Below the pieces are notes generated by a model. The model saw nothing but the letters and a program-made list of their open reading frames with translations, did not search any database and was not told the DNA's origin. Of a DNA stretch of 64,000 bases, positions 33,087-43,276 are shown piece after piece. Each line of letters starts with the position of its first letter. Within the stretch, counting starts at the first letter, position 1. Source of the DNA: Trypanosoma brucei (taxonomy: Eukaryota); assembly GCA_000002445.1 (NCBI GenBank), contig CP000071.1, positions 896,001 to 960,000 of the forward strand, in the 5' to 3' direction. The translations under genes were made by a program, and so were the position numbers.

Positions 33087-34586
33087 ATGGACGTATCGCG
33101 GTTTCGACACACACAGGCTGTACCGGCACGGCAGGACCAACAGTTCCTAAACCTGACTCCTTCTGCAGCGCGGTGGGAGTGCAGCAACCTTATCGCCTGT
33201 AACGACCGCTTCATTGCGATACCGTGGTTGCAACTTGGTAGCACGGCTGTTCTGCGCCACACTGATTGCGGGAAGTTGGCCTCGAACCCGCCCATACTTT
33301 TGGGCCAGGAGGGGGACATCATTGATGTCGCCTTCAATCCATTTGACTCGTCGAAGCTATTCACAGCGAGCGAGGACGGGACCATTATGGGGTGGAACAT
33401 CCCCGAAGAGGGTCTGACGCAGAACTGCTCTGACAACATTGTTCACCTGCAAGGCCACTCCAAGAAGGTGGGTCTACTGAGCTTCCACCCCAGCGCCGCC
33501 AACGTGCTGGCTTCCGCGGGTGCTGATATGGTAGTAAACGTGTGGGATGTCCAGAAAGGTGTCGCAAAAGAAGTGGTGAAGTGCCACGCGGAGCAGATCA
33601 GCTCGCTGGATTGGAATCTTGATGGTTCGCTTCTTTGCACCACATCTAAGGATAAAAAACTAAACATTGTGGATCCGAGAAGCCAAAAAATTGTCTGCTC
33701 CAGCGGCGCTAGTGAGAGCACCAAAACTCAGCGTGCTCTTTGGGCACGACGTGCCGACCTTGTCATTACAATTGGAGTAAATACAATGCAAATGCGTCAG
33801 GCAATGGTATGGGACATCCGCAAGTTGGCGGCACCAGCGAGCACTGTGGATGTTGACCAGTCATGTGCTGTTTCTATGCCCTTTTTTGACGAAGACACAA
33901 GCCTATTTTATATTGGAAGCCGCGGTGAGGGCGGCATTCGCTCTTTCGAATTGAGAAACAGTCGGCTCATTAACTGTTCTTCGTACTCCTCATCGGAGAT
34001 TCATCGGGGGCTTTGCATGGTTCCCAAGTGGATGTTGGACACACACAAATGCGAGATCGCCCGCTTTTATGCCCTTACACAGAAGTCAATGTACAACGTT
34101 CAGATGCTGTTACCACGCAAAACTGCAGATGAGGAGCTTCAAACTGACGTGTATCCTCCCACCTTTGCAAATGAACCCGCTATTACCGCTGATGAGTACT
34201 TTAGTGGTGTGAACAAGGAACCTCTTGTCATGAGCATGCAGGCTGTTTTTGATGGTAAAAGTCTTGAGGCGACAAAAGCTGCTGAGACTAAGCGCCGGGG
34301 AGTACCTCGCCCTTCAGAGGTGGAGTCGGATGATGACGACTCCTCCGCAGACGAGGCGGTGACATCATCCCGGCAGAAACACGCGGACCCCAACGCTGTG
34401 CGGGGTCCCGCCCATTCCGAAGGTATCAGCAGCCAGACATCATCGCAGTTGTTAGCTCTTGCCTCGCTATTGGGGCAGCAACAGGCGGAGGTGCAGCGTT
34501 GTCGTGAGGACCTTCAGAAGAAGGAGAGCCTTGTCATGGAGACAATCGCAAAGATAAAGGCCCTTGCCTCTGGTAGTCAAGCGTAA
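33087..34586 (+). CDS. coronin (WD40 actin-binding protein)
   Basis: N-terminal 'MDVSRFRHTQAVPARQDQQFLNL' matches the coronin signature (SKFRHVFG.P.K.DQCY.D.). WD repeats 'GHSKKVGLLSFHPSAANVLASAGADMVVNVWDV' and 'CHAEQISSLDWNLDGSLLCTTSKDKKLNIVDPR' follow. The C-terminus is coiled-coil 'QQQAEVQRCREDLQKKESLVMETIAKIKAL'. The start is placed at ATG 33087, not the ORF-track 33009. Confidence 0.85.
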   Translation: MDVSRFRHTQAVPARQDQQFLNLTPSAARWECSNLIACNDRFIAIPWLQLGSTAVLRHTDCGKLASNPPILLGQEGDIIDVAFNPFDSSKLFTASEDGTIMGWNIPEEGLTQNCSDNIVHLQGHSKKVGLLSFHPSAANVLASAGADMVVNVWDVQKGVAKEVVKCHAEQISSLDWNLDGSLLCTTSKDKKLNIVDPRSQKIVCSSGASESTKTQRALWARRADLVITIGVNTMQMRQAMVWDIRKLAAPASTVDVDQSCAVSMPFFDEDTSLFYIGSRGEGGIRSFELRNSRLINCSSYSSSEIHRGLCMVPKWMLDTHKCEIARFYALTQKSMYNVQMLLPRKTADEELQTDVYPPTFANEPAITADEYFSGVNKEPLVMSMQAVFDGKSLEATKAAETKRRGVPRPSEVESDDDDSSADEAVTSSRQKHADPNAVRGPAHSEGISSQTSSQLLALASLLGQQQAEVQRCREDLQKKESLVMETIAKIKALASGSQA

Positions 34587-35311
34587 TGCTGTCTTCTTCC
34601 AGCTATTGTTGCTTTCACATGCTTAAATTGCGTGTGCCTTTTTTTCTCATTCTAGTGATGGTTGGCTCAGTCGTGGAAAGTCGTTTGACGATAAATAGGA
34701 AAGTGAAGGAGCAGCCCGGAGAGGGGTCGCCGGGTGGGAAGGGTGGTGGGATATACGTTATCCAGACTGGTGCGTGTTTGTCATTTCCTCCCTAATTTTC
34801 GTATCCTTTCTTGGCCAGCATAATTTACTTACATCATAGCTGTTTACCGGCACCACAACTACTCATCGTTCCGTTCCATTTACTAGTGCGTGTGCGTACT
34901 TGTGTGGGCTGCTTTTGCTGCGGCGTGTCTATCTTGTTTTGTTATTTTGCTTCCCATTACTGCATTTTTTCCCACATGTTTTTTCCCTTCGTTCTGGTTG
35001 CGCATCTTTATTTATTCGCTCGTTTGCAGGTACATCGGAGAGAGGGGGAGGAGGTAGCGGAGTGGCTGATTTTTGGAGCACCTTTTTTTTCGTAAAAAAA
35101 ACCTTTTGTGAGAAAGGAACACATAAACACCCGAGAGGTGTAACCGCATCCGCCAGAGAGCGTATTACTGACCTCAGCGCCACAATTAAGTTGGACATGT
35201 GAGGAAAGTAAGCAGAACAAACGGGGAAAAATGAGAAGGAGAAATGTTGGCGGAGAGGTTTCTGGAGGAACGGAATGGGGAACCAAACATGACTGATAAA
35301 GAGGGCTTTGC

Positions 35312-35332
35312 ATATATATATATATATATATA
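35312..35332. repeat. (AT)10 microsatellite
   Basis: Direct read: atatatatatatatatatata. Confidence 0.9.
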
Positions 35333-36089
35333 CATCATTATGTTAAATGCCCGTTTGGAAGCTGTGTGGATACAGTTATGTTTCCCAGGTGTGCTAGAAG
35401 GAAATGGGAAGTTGAAAATAAATAAATAAATAGAAGTGAACAAGCAGACATGAAAAGAATAAAAGGTATGAAACAACTGGTGGGGGAAAGGGTACATAAG
35501 GGGGATAAAACACAATGAGAGGGAGATTGTATTTTGAAGCAAATAACAATAGCGCCAACCGCGGCAGCGACACCATGAGAGAGAATGGAGGAATATCGAT
35601 GTGGAAGAAGGGAGAGAAGGAATCAGTGCCTTTGGTTGATACATTAGGAAATGGAGGGGAAAAGAACGGAGATAAAAGAGATTGAGGTATAGCGGGAGGA
35701 GTAAGTAAGGAGGGAATGATGTTGTGAGGTACAGAGTTCATATGAAAAGAGCCTTGTTGGGTGCTGTACTGGTTAGACGGTGCCTATTTGAAAATATTCA
35801 AACACTATTTTTTTTTGCTATCCAGGTGCCGTCCGCTCCTTTCCTTCCTCTTCCACTTTTGGTCCCTACAATTTATCCGATCCACTTCTTTTCTTTTCTC
35901 CACTTTTTTTTTCCGATTTGTCATTCTTTTAAGGGCGTTTTCCCTACTCCTTACGCTGGACGGTTGCTCACATGCGTTGTACCAGTTTTTCTTGGATTGC
36001 CTGTTTGCTTTACTAACCCTCTTCCTACTTACCTCGTCCTTTACTATCATCTTTAACTTTTTTCTTTCTTTAACGATAAGAGTTATCTC

Positions 36090-37421
36090 ATGCAGAAGCT
36101 CTTATCGCCAAGAACAGCGCGCCACGCCCGTCTCTTCCGACTCGCTGGCAAGTTGGCTGACTCGGGTAGTCCCGGTGTTCCTAAGAGTGACGGCGAGCGC
36201 CTCGTGTGGGTTAACTCACACGTGCGGCGTGATAAGGATATTTCCCTATCCCAAGAGGAGGAGAGGATTCGGGAGCTAATGATGCCGCTGGAGGTCGGAG
36301 AGAATTCCTTCGCGGCTAACGGGCAGGCAACACATGGTAACTTGTTTTATTTCCGCGAGTACCCAATGTACCCCGGAGAGTACGTACCGGCGGAGCATAA
36401 CACTCTTTCGTCGTTGCGCGACGAGCTGCGACTTGATCTAACTGCACAGTCGTTGAAAGAGGCCTGGATGCGGGTGAGTGGTGGGGTGTATTTTCAATCT
36501 GTGGATGAATACTACGCTTCTGTTGATGGTCTCGATGCGGAACAGATCGGCGAGGTATTGGCGGCCCTTTTTCCAGAGCTAAACTGTTACGAAGCTCAGG
36601 CACTTGTGCAGCGGACATTAGAGTGCATTAGTAGGCCAGTCAGCGCCGCTTCACGGCAGCTTAGTCGCACCATCACGGCCGAAGCGGTGGGACTTGACAA
36701 CGCACCGGGTCACTACACGAATTTCTTGGAGTGGATGGGTCGGTTAACGGAGACACGAGCGTTTAAAACAGAACATGCACTGTTTGAGTTTAGTCGTCGG
36801 AAGTTCAACAGAGATGATGTGCGTGTTATGTTCGAGAACTACCGACTGATGAGCAAAGCCACTCTCCTTGCTGATAGCGCGGATAGCTACAGCCACTTCT
36901 ACACGGTCCTTAAAGACTTTGCCCGTAAGGTAGCAGGTGAAGATTCCCGACACCAGATAGGCGTACGTATTGATGAAGCGGAGGTGGACCCGGAAACTGG
37001 AATTGCTGTTGGTCGTGGTTGTGCGGATGGGGAGAAATACCACTTCACCGCCCTCCTTCGTGAGAACAGAGACCACAACGGCATCATCACTGTGATGGGC
37101 AAACCACTTTCACTGGTTCTTGACAATAAAGCGTGGTTAATGGAGATGGTTTTGATGCCGTTTGATGAGGCAAATCTGGATTACAGGGATTTCGATGTGC
37201 ATATCGTTTCCGAAGGGCATGCAATGCCCTCCATCGCCAACGAAATTGCTGCCTTCGCCTTACGCATGGCGGTTGCGAACGCTCTCGTGAAGTTGATTCC
37301 ACTGACGCGTATTCCACTGAAGAAGTCGGGACTGCTGTCAGTGGACCGCCGGCGCGAAAGGGGACAGTTCCCGGGATATCTTGATGGAAAGAAGGTGAAG
37401 CGTCGCTTTGCCAAGCGGTAG
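36090..37421 (+). CDS. mitochondrial ribosomal protein uS9-like protein with a long N-terminal extension
   Basis: The C-terminal ~110 aa match the uS9 fold signature. 'HIVSEGHAMPSIANEIAAFALRMAVANAL' aligns to GGG.SGQA.AIRHGI.RAL, and the very C-terminal 'LLSVDRRRERGQFPGYLDGKKVKRRFAKR' aligns to uS9 '..LTRD.R.VERKK.G.KKARR..QFSKR'. A ~300 aa N-terminal extension is typical of kinetoplastid mitoribosomal proteins. Confidence 0.6.
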   Translation: MQKLLSPRTARHARLFRLAGKLADSGSPGVPKSDGERLVWVNSHVRRDKDISLSQEEERIRELMMPLEVGENSFAANGQATHGNLFYFREYPMYPGEYVPAEHNTLSSLRDELRLDLTAQSLKEAWMRVSGGVYFQSVDEYYASVDGLDAEQIGEVLAALFPELNCYEAQALVQRTLECISRPVSAASRQLSRTITAEAVGLDNAPGHYTNFLEWMGRLTETRAFKTEHALFEFSRRKFNRDDVRVMFENYRLMSKATLLADSADSYSHFYTVLKDFARKVAGEDSRHQIGVRIDEAEVDPETGIAVGRGCADGEKYHFTALLRENRDHNGIITVMGKPLSLVLDNKAWLMEMVLMPFDEANLDYRDFDVHIVSEGHAMPSIANEIAAFALRMAVANALVKLIPLTRIPLKKSGLLSVDRRRERGQFPGYLDGKKVKRRFAKR

Positions 37422-37682
37422 CGGCGTGCTTTATTGTAAGGCAATTTCGTATTGTTGTGGATGCAATGGTGCATCGGTTTATCATCTCATTGCCGCTGTC
37501 ACCGCCGGTTTATCCTGCCCCGCAAGAGAGCGATGCAGAAACACCGCTTTCGCCGTAGTATATTCGATCACTTTGACTATTTCTTCACCTAACTTCGTCC
37601 CCCGATGCTTGCTTCGAGATATTGCTGTCAATTGCTTGCTGTTTTTTTCTTTTACTGTTTATCATCTAGAAGATAGTGTGGG

Positions 37683-38045
37683 ATGTACTTTCTTTTGCTA
37701 GCTGGGATCATTTGGGGAATCACAAATCCACTTCTGAAACGGTATAGCGGTGGAATGTCGGTGGACTCCTCCTCGTTTCTGGAGGATCTTCGCTTCCTTG
37801 CTTCACGACCAAAGTACCTAGCCGCACAATTAGCGAATCTCAGCGGTTCCGTTTTTTTCTTTGCGGGGCTTCCCAGTGCTGATGTGGCGGTGGGCAGTAT
37901 TGTGGCCAACTCCCTCGCCTTTGTCATCACAGTGTTAGTGAGCGTTCTCGTGCTACGAGAGGGTACGCTGAAGCCGCGGACTCTTGTGGGGTGTTCACTG
38001 GTAGTAGTAGGAACATCGTTGTGTGGGATCGCATCATCATCATGA
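37683..38045 (+). CDS. TMEM234 (UPF0546)-like small membrane protein
   Basis: 120 aa and four hydrophobic segments. The N-terminal 'LLLAGIIWGITNPLLKRYSGG' matches the TMEM234 'WG.TNPF.KR' motif. Confidence 0.5.
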   Translation: MYFLLLAGIIWGITNPLLKRYSGGMSVDSSSFLEDLRFLASRPKYLAAQLANLSGSVFFFAGLPSADVAVGSIVANSLAFVITVLVSVLVLREGTLKPRTLVGCSLVVVGTSLCGIASSS

Positions 38046-38424
38046 TAATCGACATAGTTTTTGTGGCGGCTGCAATGCGATGGTGACCGCACTTCTCATT
38101 GTCGGCAACATCGCAAAACGGAACGATTTAGCGAAGAGTGCTTTGACCGCGGCTTCACCTGGGATAAGGAACCCCAATAATTTAAAGAATTTTGGAACAG
38201 GGACATCGGAGTTCACTCGGTGTCCTGCATTTGTATCTGTTTTCACTGGAAGTCGCCTTTAACATTTGTGGGAGGTTGATGCAGGTTGGCCCACGGTTCG
38301 GTGCCAATGCCACGTATAAGCATGCACAACTGTGATGATTATAATGTGGGTTGCTTGACTTTGCCCCCGTTTACATACCAATGATCCACACTAAGACTTC
38401 TGTATGCTCACATAGTCCAAGGTT

Positions 38425-39861
38425 TTGTTTAAAAACATGAAAAGAATCGTTGTACCCCATCGTTGGTCAGAAATGAATCGCGTCGAGCACCCTCCATTAA
38501 TGATGAAGCAACTGTTTCAAGGTGTTTGTGGTGGATTACGCTGGCTGGAGACAAAGTCACTGGCTCAGTATTTGGCGGTGCGCGCCATCGAAGAGGGGTA
38601 CCCCAGCACACCAGGTGTGCGCAAGGCGCTTCATGTAAAGAGGCCCCCCCTGCAAAAGAGGCGAGTGGTGCAGAGAAGCACAAAGTCAGCAACCGCAGCC
38701 TGTTCCTTGCCAACAACAGCGGCCCCAGCGCAACTTCCGCTTACTTCATCCGGTGATGCTCTAACCGTAACAGGGGGGCTCTCTCTGCAGGTGACGAAAC
38801 AGAAGCGGCTGGTGTCTTATGACGTTTTGGACTGCACGCTCGGCAGCGGCTACCACGCCGGTGCTGTTCTTGAAAATGGTGGGCCGTACACCCGCGTTGT
38901 GGCACTTGATTGCGACCACGACGCAATGCACGCGGCGAGGGATTTGGTTGAGGAGTTTGGTGGGGATCGGCTTCGCTTTTACTGTTGTAAGATGTCTGAG
39001 GCGAAGGCCATGTTCGGTGAGCGGTCTTTTGATGCTATCATGATCGACGGCGGGGTTTCAGATACGCAGTTGGAGGATCCTGAGCGTGGGTTTCTGCTGG
39101 ATGATGAGGGCGGTCACCGCCTTGACATGCGCTTCGGGCCGCAGATGGGAGTAGGTGCACTCGAATACCTTAATACTGTATCGCAGCATACGCTTGTTTC
39201 CTCGTTATTGGCCTACGGTCTCTTGGAGTACGGTCAAGCAATGAAGATGTCACGCGCGATAACCCGGCGAAAGCCGTTCGTGGATTCACGTGAAGTGCTT
39301 ACCTGTATTGAACAAGCTGGAGATGAGCTACCGGAGGGGGGCTGGCGCTCCCAAGGCAGCCGTCGCAAGTCGCCCATGTCGTGGAAGTTCCTCACCTCAT
39401 TGCGATGCATAATAAACAACGAGATGTACGAGTTGAGGCAGGGCATTGAGAATGCGCTGTTGATGCTTCGGGATGATGGGCGTTTGGTGGTGTTCAGCCG
39501 CCTCCCGTGGGAAGAGCGGCTTGTGCGTGGCACTGTAGACGACCACCCCCATGCTTTGTTGTCCTATGTGGAGGATATATCGATCGATGACGTGCAAATA
39601 TACGGCTTCACGCGCCATGCGAAGATGTGGGTCATTACCCGCGCCGCCTCGTCGGCGTACGCATTGAAAAATACCACAACTCTTACGGAGGAGAAGTTCC
39701 GTGAGAGCTCCGTGCGATGGCTTACTGGTATGTATGCCGGTCAAACACATGGATTTCCTGCAAATAACTTTACCTTTGAGAACTTTGAACGGAAAGAGTG
39801 GGTAACGCTTCGCCGAAATGGCAAACCACCCCCAGTTGACGTGGGGCTGGATGACAAATGA
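38425..39861 (+). CDS. RsmH/MraW (METTL15)-like rRNA cytosine-N4 methyltransferase, probably mitochondrial
   Basis: 'DCTLGSGYHAGAVLENGGPYTRVVALDCDHDAMHAA' aligns with RsmH 'DGTFGRGGHSR.IL...G..GRLLAIDRDPQAIAVA'. 'IDGGVSDTQLEDPERGFLLDDEGGHRLDMRF' aligns with RsmH 'LDLGVSSPQLDDAERGFSF..DGPLDMRM'. 'LRDDGRLVVFSRLPWEERLV' aligns with 'L.PGGRL.IISFHSLEDRIV'. The N-terminal ~125 aa extension is absent from bacterial RsmH and is probably a targeting sequence. Confidence 0.75.
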   Translation: MFKNMKRIVVPHRWSEMNRVEHPPLMMKQLFQGVCGGLRWLETKSLAQYLAVRAIEEGYPSTPGVRKALHVKRPPLQKRRVVQRSTKSATAACSLPTTAAPAQLPLTSSGDALTVTGGLSLQVTKQKRLVSYDVLDCTLGSGYHAGAVLENGGPYTRVVALDCDHDAMHAARDLVEEFGGDRLRFYCCKMSEAKAMFGERSFDAIMIDGGVSDTQLEDPERGFLLDDEGGHRLDMRFGPQMGVGALEYLNTVSQHTLVSSLLAYGLLEYGQAMKMSRAITRRKPFVDSREVLTCIEQAGDELPEGGWRSQGSRRKSPMSWKFLTSLRCIINNEMYELRQGIENALLMLRDDGRLVVFSRLPWEERLVRGTVDDHPHALLSYVEDISIDDVQIYGFTRHAKMWVITRAASSAYALKNTTTLTEEKFRESSVRWLTGMYAGQTHGFPANNFTFENFERKEWVTLRRNGKPPPVDVGLDDK

Positions 39862-40232
39862 GTGTTGCGCCCATGAGTTGTAGTTTTCTCTACTATTAGT
39901 GAATTTTTTGCGAGCATGGCGCCAGCAGTTTGTCTCGCTCCTTTTACCCCTTATCCGTAATGTTCGGTTGGGCATGGGAAGTAGTGCGCACCTATTGTGT
40001 ACGGCTTGGGCTAGGGGTTGACTACGTTAACGCGAAGTTGTCGAGCCCATCCTTCGATTGAATACTCCGTTGGCCATATTGAAGCCTGGAAATCCCAACA
40101 GTTTCATGCCGAACTTCACTTCCTTAATTCTTCACTGCTGTGAGAACCCCTTCTTGCGCTGCGTCTCCTTTGTACGGCCACCGAACTGTAAGTTGCCGGT
40201 AGAAAGGAGGCTAGGCACCCACTCGCAGCAGA

Positions 40233-41180
40233 GTGTTTAAGCTAGTGCAGTTGAGTGATATGGCTGACCGCCTTGCTATTTTCATTAAGCAATGCGGATT
40301 GCAACGGTGCGTGATCCTCACTGGTGCTGGTTGCAGTACCGAGAGCGGCGTGCCAGACTACCGAGGACCCAACGGTCTTTATCGCCGTCCGAACTTTGTG
40401 CCGCTGACGCGGCAGGTATTTCTTAGCGGCAGTGAACATCGGAAGCGCTACTGGGCCCGAAGCATGTTTGGTTATAACACCGTTAGCGGGGCAAGCTGCA
40501 ATGACACGCATATGGGTCTGTATGAGTTGTATCGGGCCGGTGTTGTGAACCGGCTGCTGACGCAAAATGTGGATGGTCTCCATCACCTTGCAGCCCATGG
40601 AGGTACGGGGAGCAAAACTGTTGAAGCATACGCCAAATACACCTCCAGCAACTCTGGTGTGTTGGAGTTGCATGGGAACATACACCAGGTTTGCTGCATG
40701 CAGTGCGGTGATGTGAGTCCACGGCGGCGGCTTCAGCAACGGTTGTGTGAGGCCAATTACCAACTGTGTAGGGATTACGAGGCTGAATTTAGTGAAGTAC
40801 GACCTGATGGCGACTACGAGGTCCCTGACCGTGTTGTGCAGGCCATGCAGCTTGTGTGCTGTGAGCATTGTGGTGGCTTGCTGAAACCACACGTTGTTTT
40901 GTTTGGCGAGAACGTACCTAAGGAGTGTGTCAGGGAGGCGTATACTGCTGTTCGCGCTGCTTCCTGCCTGATCTGCCTCGGGACGTCACTTCAAGTTTTC
41001 AGTGCCCTCCGCTTTGTGCTCGCTGCGCGCGAGAGCGGTGTGCCCATTGCTATTGTCACGGCGGGAAGGACGCGAGCTGACGGTTTGGAAGAGTTGAAGG
41101 TGGACACAAATAGCACAGCTGCCACAATGCGTGGGGTGGTGAAACAGCTCTTGGGGTTCGAGTTGGGCGGCACGAAGTAA
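40233..41180 (+). CDS. Sir2-family NAD-dependent deacylase of class II (SIRT4-like); likely mitochondrial
   Basis: '[20 protein letters not shown]' is the sirtuin NAD-binding motif GAG.S..SG.PD(F/Y)R. '[13 protein letters not shown]' is class-II/SIRT4-specific (RQRYWARNFVGW). The catalytic His sits in '[12 protein letters not shown]'. Zinc Cys pairs are 'CMQCG' and 'CEHCGG'. An alternative ATG lies at 40260. Confidence 0.85.
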
Positions 41181-41605
41181 AGATGGTTGTTGGTGCCAAG
41201 TGACATGAAGGAGTCGCCCCTGCGGTGCCACCCTTGTTTTGTCACTGTTGGTGGCGACGATTCACTTTTGCATGTGTTTAAAATCTCTTTTTCTGTATCC
41301 TTCCCATGGAGAGAGACAACGATCGCAGATGGACGATGGTGAGATCTCTAGCGTTTGTCCCTAGAAATCTTTTTTTGAATCCACCATTAAAAAAAAAAAC
41401 CACTATTTGCTTCTGTTCTTGTTTTTGCATCCATCGCTGTCATTGTGCCTGTGACTGTAGCAGTGACGACCATTCGTTGCTTTCCCTGTCTCCCCTTTGC
41501 TTTTGAGTGGAACGAACACATTCAACAGGAAGTAGTGAAGTTGAAGAACTTAACGTACCGAAAGCGACAAAAGAAGTAAATAACAAAGGAAGAAAGAAAG
41601 GGGAG

Positions 41606-43276
41606 ATGCAGCAGCAACAGCCCGTCATTGTGCTCAACCAGAAGATGGAGCGGCAGACTGGCCGCAAGGCACAGTTGAACAACATCGAGGCAGCTCGTGT
41701 TGTCTCTGGTCTTATCAGTAGCACACTGGGACCGTGTGCTATGTTGAAGATGATCCTCGACCCAATGGGTGGCACAGTTCTCACCAACGATGGAAATTGC
41801 ATCCTTCGTGAGATTGACGTCGTACACCCGGCAGCCAAACACATGTTGGAGCTCGCACGCGCCCAGGATGAGGAAGTGGGTGACGGGACCACGTCTGTTA
41901 TTATCCTCACAGGTGAAATTCTCAGCCTTTCCAAACCGCTTCTTGAGCGCGGCATCCACCCACTGAAGATAGTGAAGGGATTTTCCCTTGCGCTTACGGA
42001 TGCACTTGCCGCAATTGAGAAGATCGCCACATCTATTGACCCAAACGACATAAAGCAGTTGGAAGAGGTTGTTCGCGCTTGCCTTGGAACGAAGTACAAT
42101 TCTCATGAGGACGACCTTATGTGTAAGATGGCTGTGGAGGCCACGTTACGTGTCGTGGTAGAGAACAAAGTGACCGGCCAAAAGGAAGTGGACATCAAGC
42201 GTTATGCCAAGATAGAGAAAATCCCAGGCGGATCTGTTTCTGATAGCGTTGTGCTCGATGGCGTGATGTTCAACAAGGACCATATTCATCCGAAGATGCG
42301 GCGCTACATTGAGAAGCCGCGCATTCTGCTGCTGGATTGTCCTCTGGAGTATAAGAAGCCGGAAACCACCATCAACGTCGAGGTTGGACAGGCCACTGAC
42401 TGGGAACTGCTGCTCAAGCAAGAGGAGGACTACGTGCGCGGCCTCTGCCAGACCATCATTTCCTTTAAACCGGATGTTGTTATCACTGAGAAAGGTGCTT
42501 CGGACCTCGCGGCTCACTTCCTGCACAAGGCGCAGATCACGTGCATTCGCCGTTTGCGTAAGACTGACAACAATCGTATTGCACGTGCCACGGGTGCCAC
42601 GATTATTAGTCGCGTGGCGGAGCTAACGGAGGACCACATCGGCCATGCAGGGTTGATGGAGATCAAGAAGATAGGGGACGAGTACTTCACATTCATCACC
42701 GGTTGCACATCTGGAAAGGCCTGCAGTGTAGTGCTGCGCGGAGCAAGCAAAGATACGATCAATGAGATGGAGCGCAACCTGCACGATGCCATGTGTGTTG
42801 CACGCAACATTATTCTTGAGCCACGTGTAGTGTACGGTGCGTCCGCGCTTGAAATGTACGTTTCCTCATACCTCATGAACCGTTCCAAGAGTATCACGGG
42901 GGTACAGCAGGCGGCGTATCAAGCCGTGGCAATGGCGTTGGAGGTTGTCCCACGCATTCTCACAAGCAATTGCGGGGCGAATGTAATCCGCACTGTAACG
43001 GAACTGCGCGCCCGCCACGCGATGCCCGACGGTGATTACTGGGGCGTCGATGGCACCACAGGTGACATTGTGGACGTGCGTTCCTTAAGGGTGGTAGAGC
43101 CGGCAGCGGTGAAGGTGCAGGCACTGAAGACGGCTATCGAGGCGGCGTCGATGATTCTTCGAGTGGATGATGTTGTGTCTGGAACCAAGCTTCGTCATGA
43201 GAAGGAGAACAAGCCGGCGCCAGCAGCCGCACAAGGAGCGGCTGATGACGAGCAAGGTGAGGCTGAAGCTGCCTAA
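41606..43276 (+). CDS. CCT3: T-complex protein 1 (CCT/TRiC) gamma subunit
   Basis: 'LGPCAMLKMILDPMGGTVLTNDGNCILREIDVVHPAAKHMLELARAQDEEVGDGTTSVIILTGEIL' matches the chaperonin GDGTT ATP-binding motif and CCT-gamma N-terminal consensus. 'VVPGGGA'-like 'RVVYGASALEMY' lies near the C-terminus, and the acidic C-tail is 'DDEQGEAEAA'. The start is placed at the conserved MQQQQPVIV (41606), not the ORF-track 41507. Confidence 0.9.
   Translation: MQQQQPVIVLNQKMERQTGRKAQLNNIEAARVVSGLISSTLGPCAMLKMILDPMGGTVLTNDGNCILREIDVVHPAAKHMLELARAQDEEVGDGTTSVIILTGEILSLSKPLLERGIHPLKIVKGFSLALTDALAAIEKIATSIDPNDIKQLEEVVRACLGTKYNSHEDDLMCKMAVEATLRVVVENKVTGQKEVDIKRYAKIEKIPGGSVSDSVVLDGVMFNKDHIHPKMRRYIEKPRILLLDCPLEYKKPETTINVEVGQATDWELLLKQEEDYVRGLCQTIISFKPDVVITEKGASDLAAHFLHKAQITCIRRLRKTDNNRIARATGATIISRVAELTEDHIGHAGLMEIKKIGDEYFTFITGCTSGKACSVVLRGASKDTINEMERNLHDAMCVARNIILEPRVVYGASALEMYVSSYLMNRSKSITGVQQAAYQAVAMALEVVPRILTSNCGANVIRTVTELRARHAMPDGDYWGVDGTTGDIVDVRSLRVVEPAAVKVQALKTAIEAASMILRVDDVVSGTKLRHEKENKPAPAAAQGAADDEQGEAEAA

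Noticed and set aside
41440-42106. Two minus-strand ORFs (219 and 194 aa) overlapping the CCT-gamma gene
   Set aside because: Antisense to a highly conserved, clearly coding gene, with no motifs.
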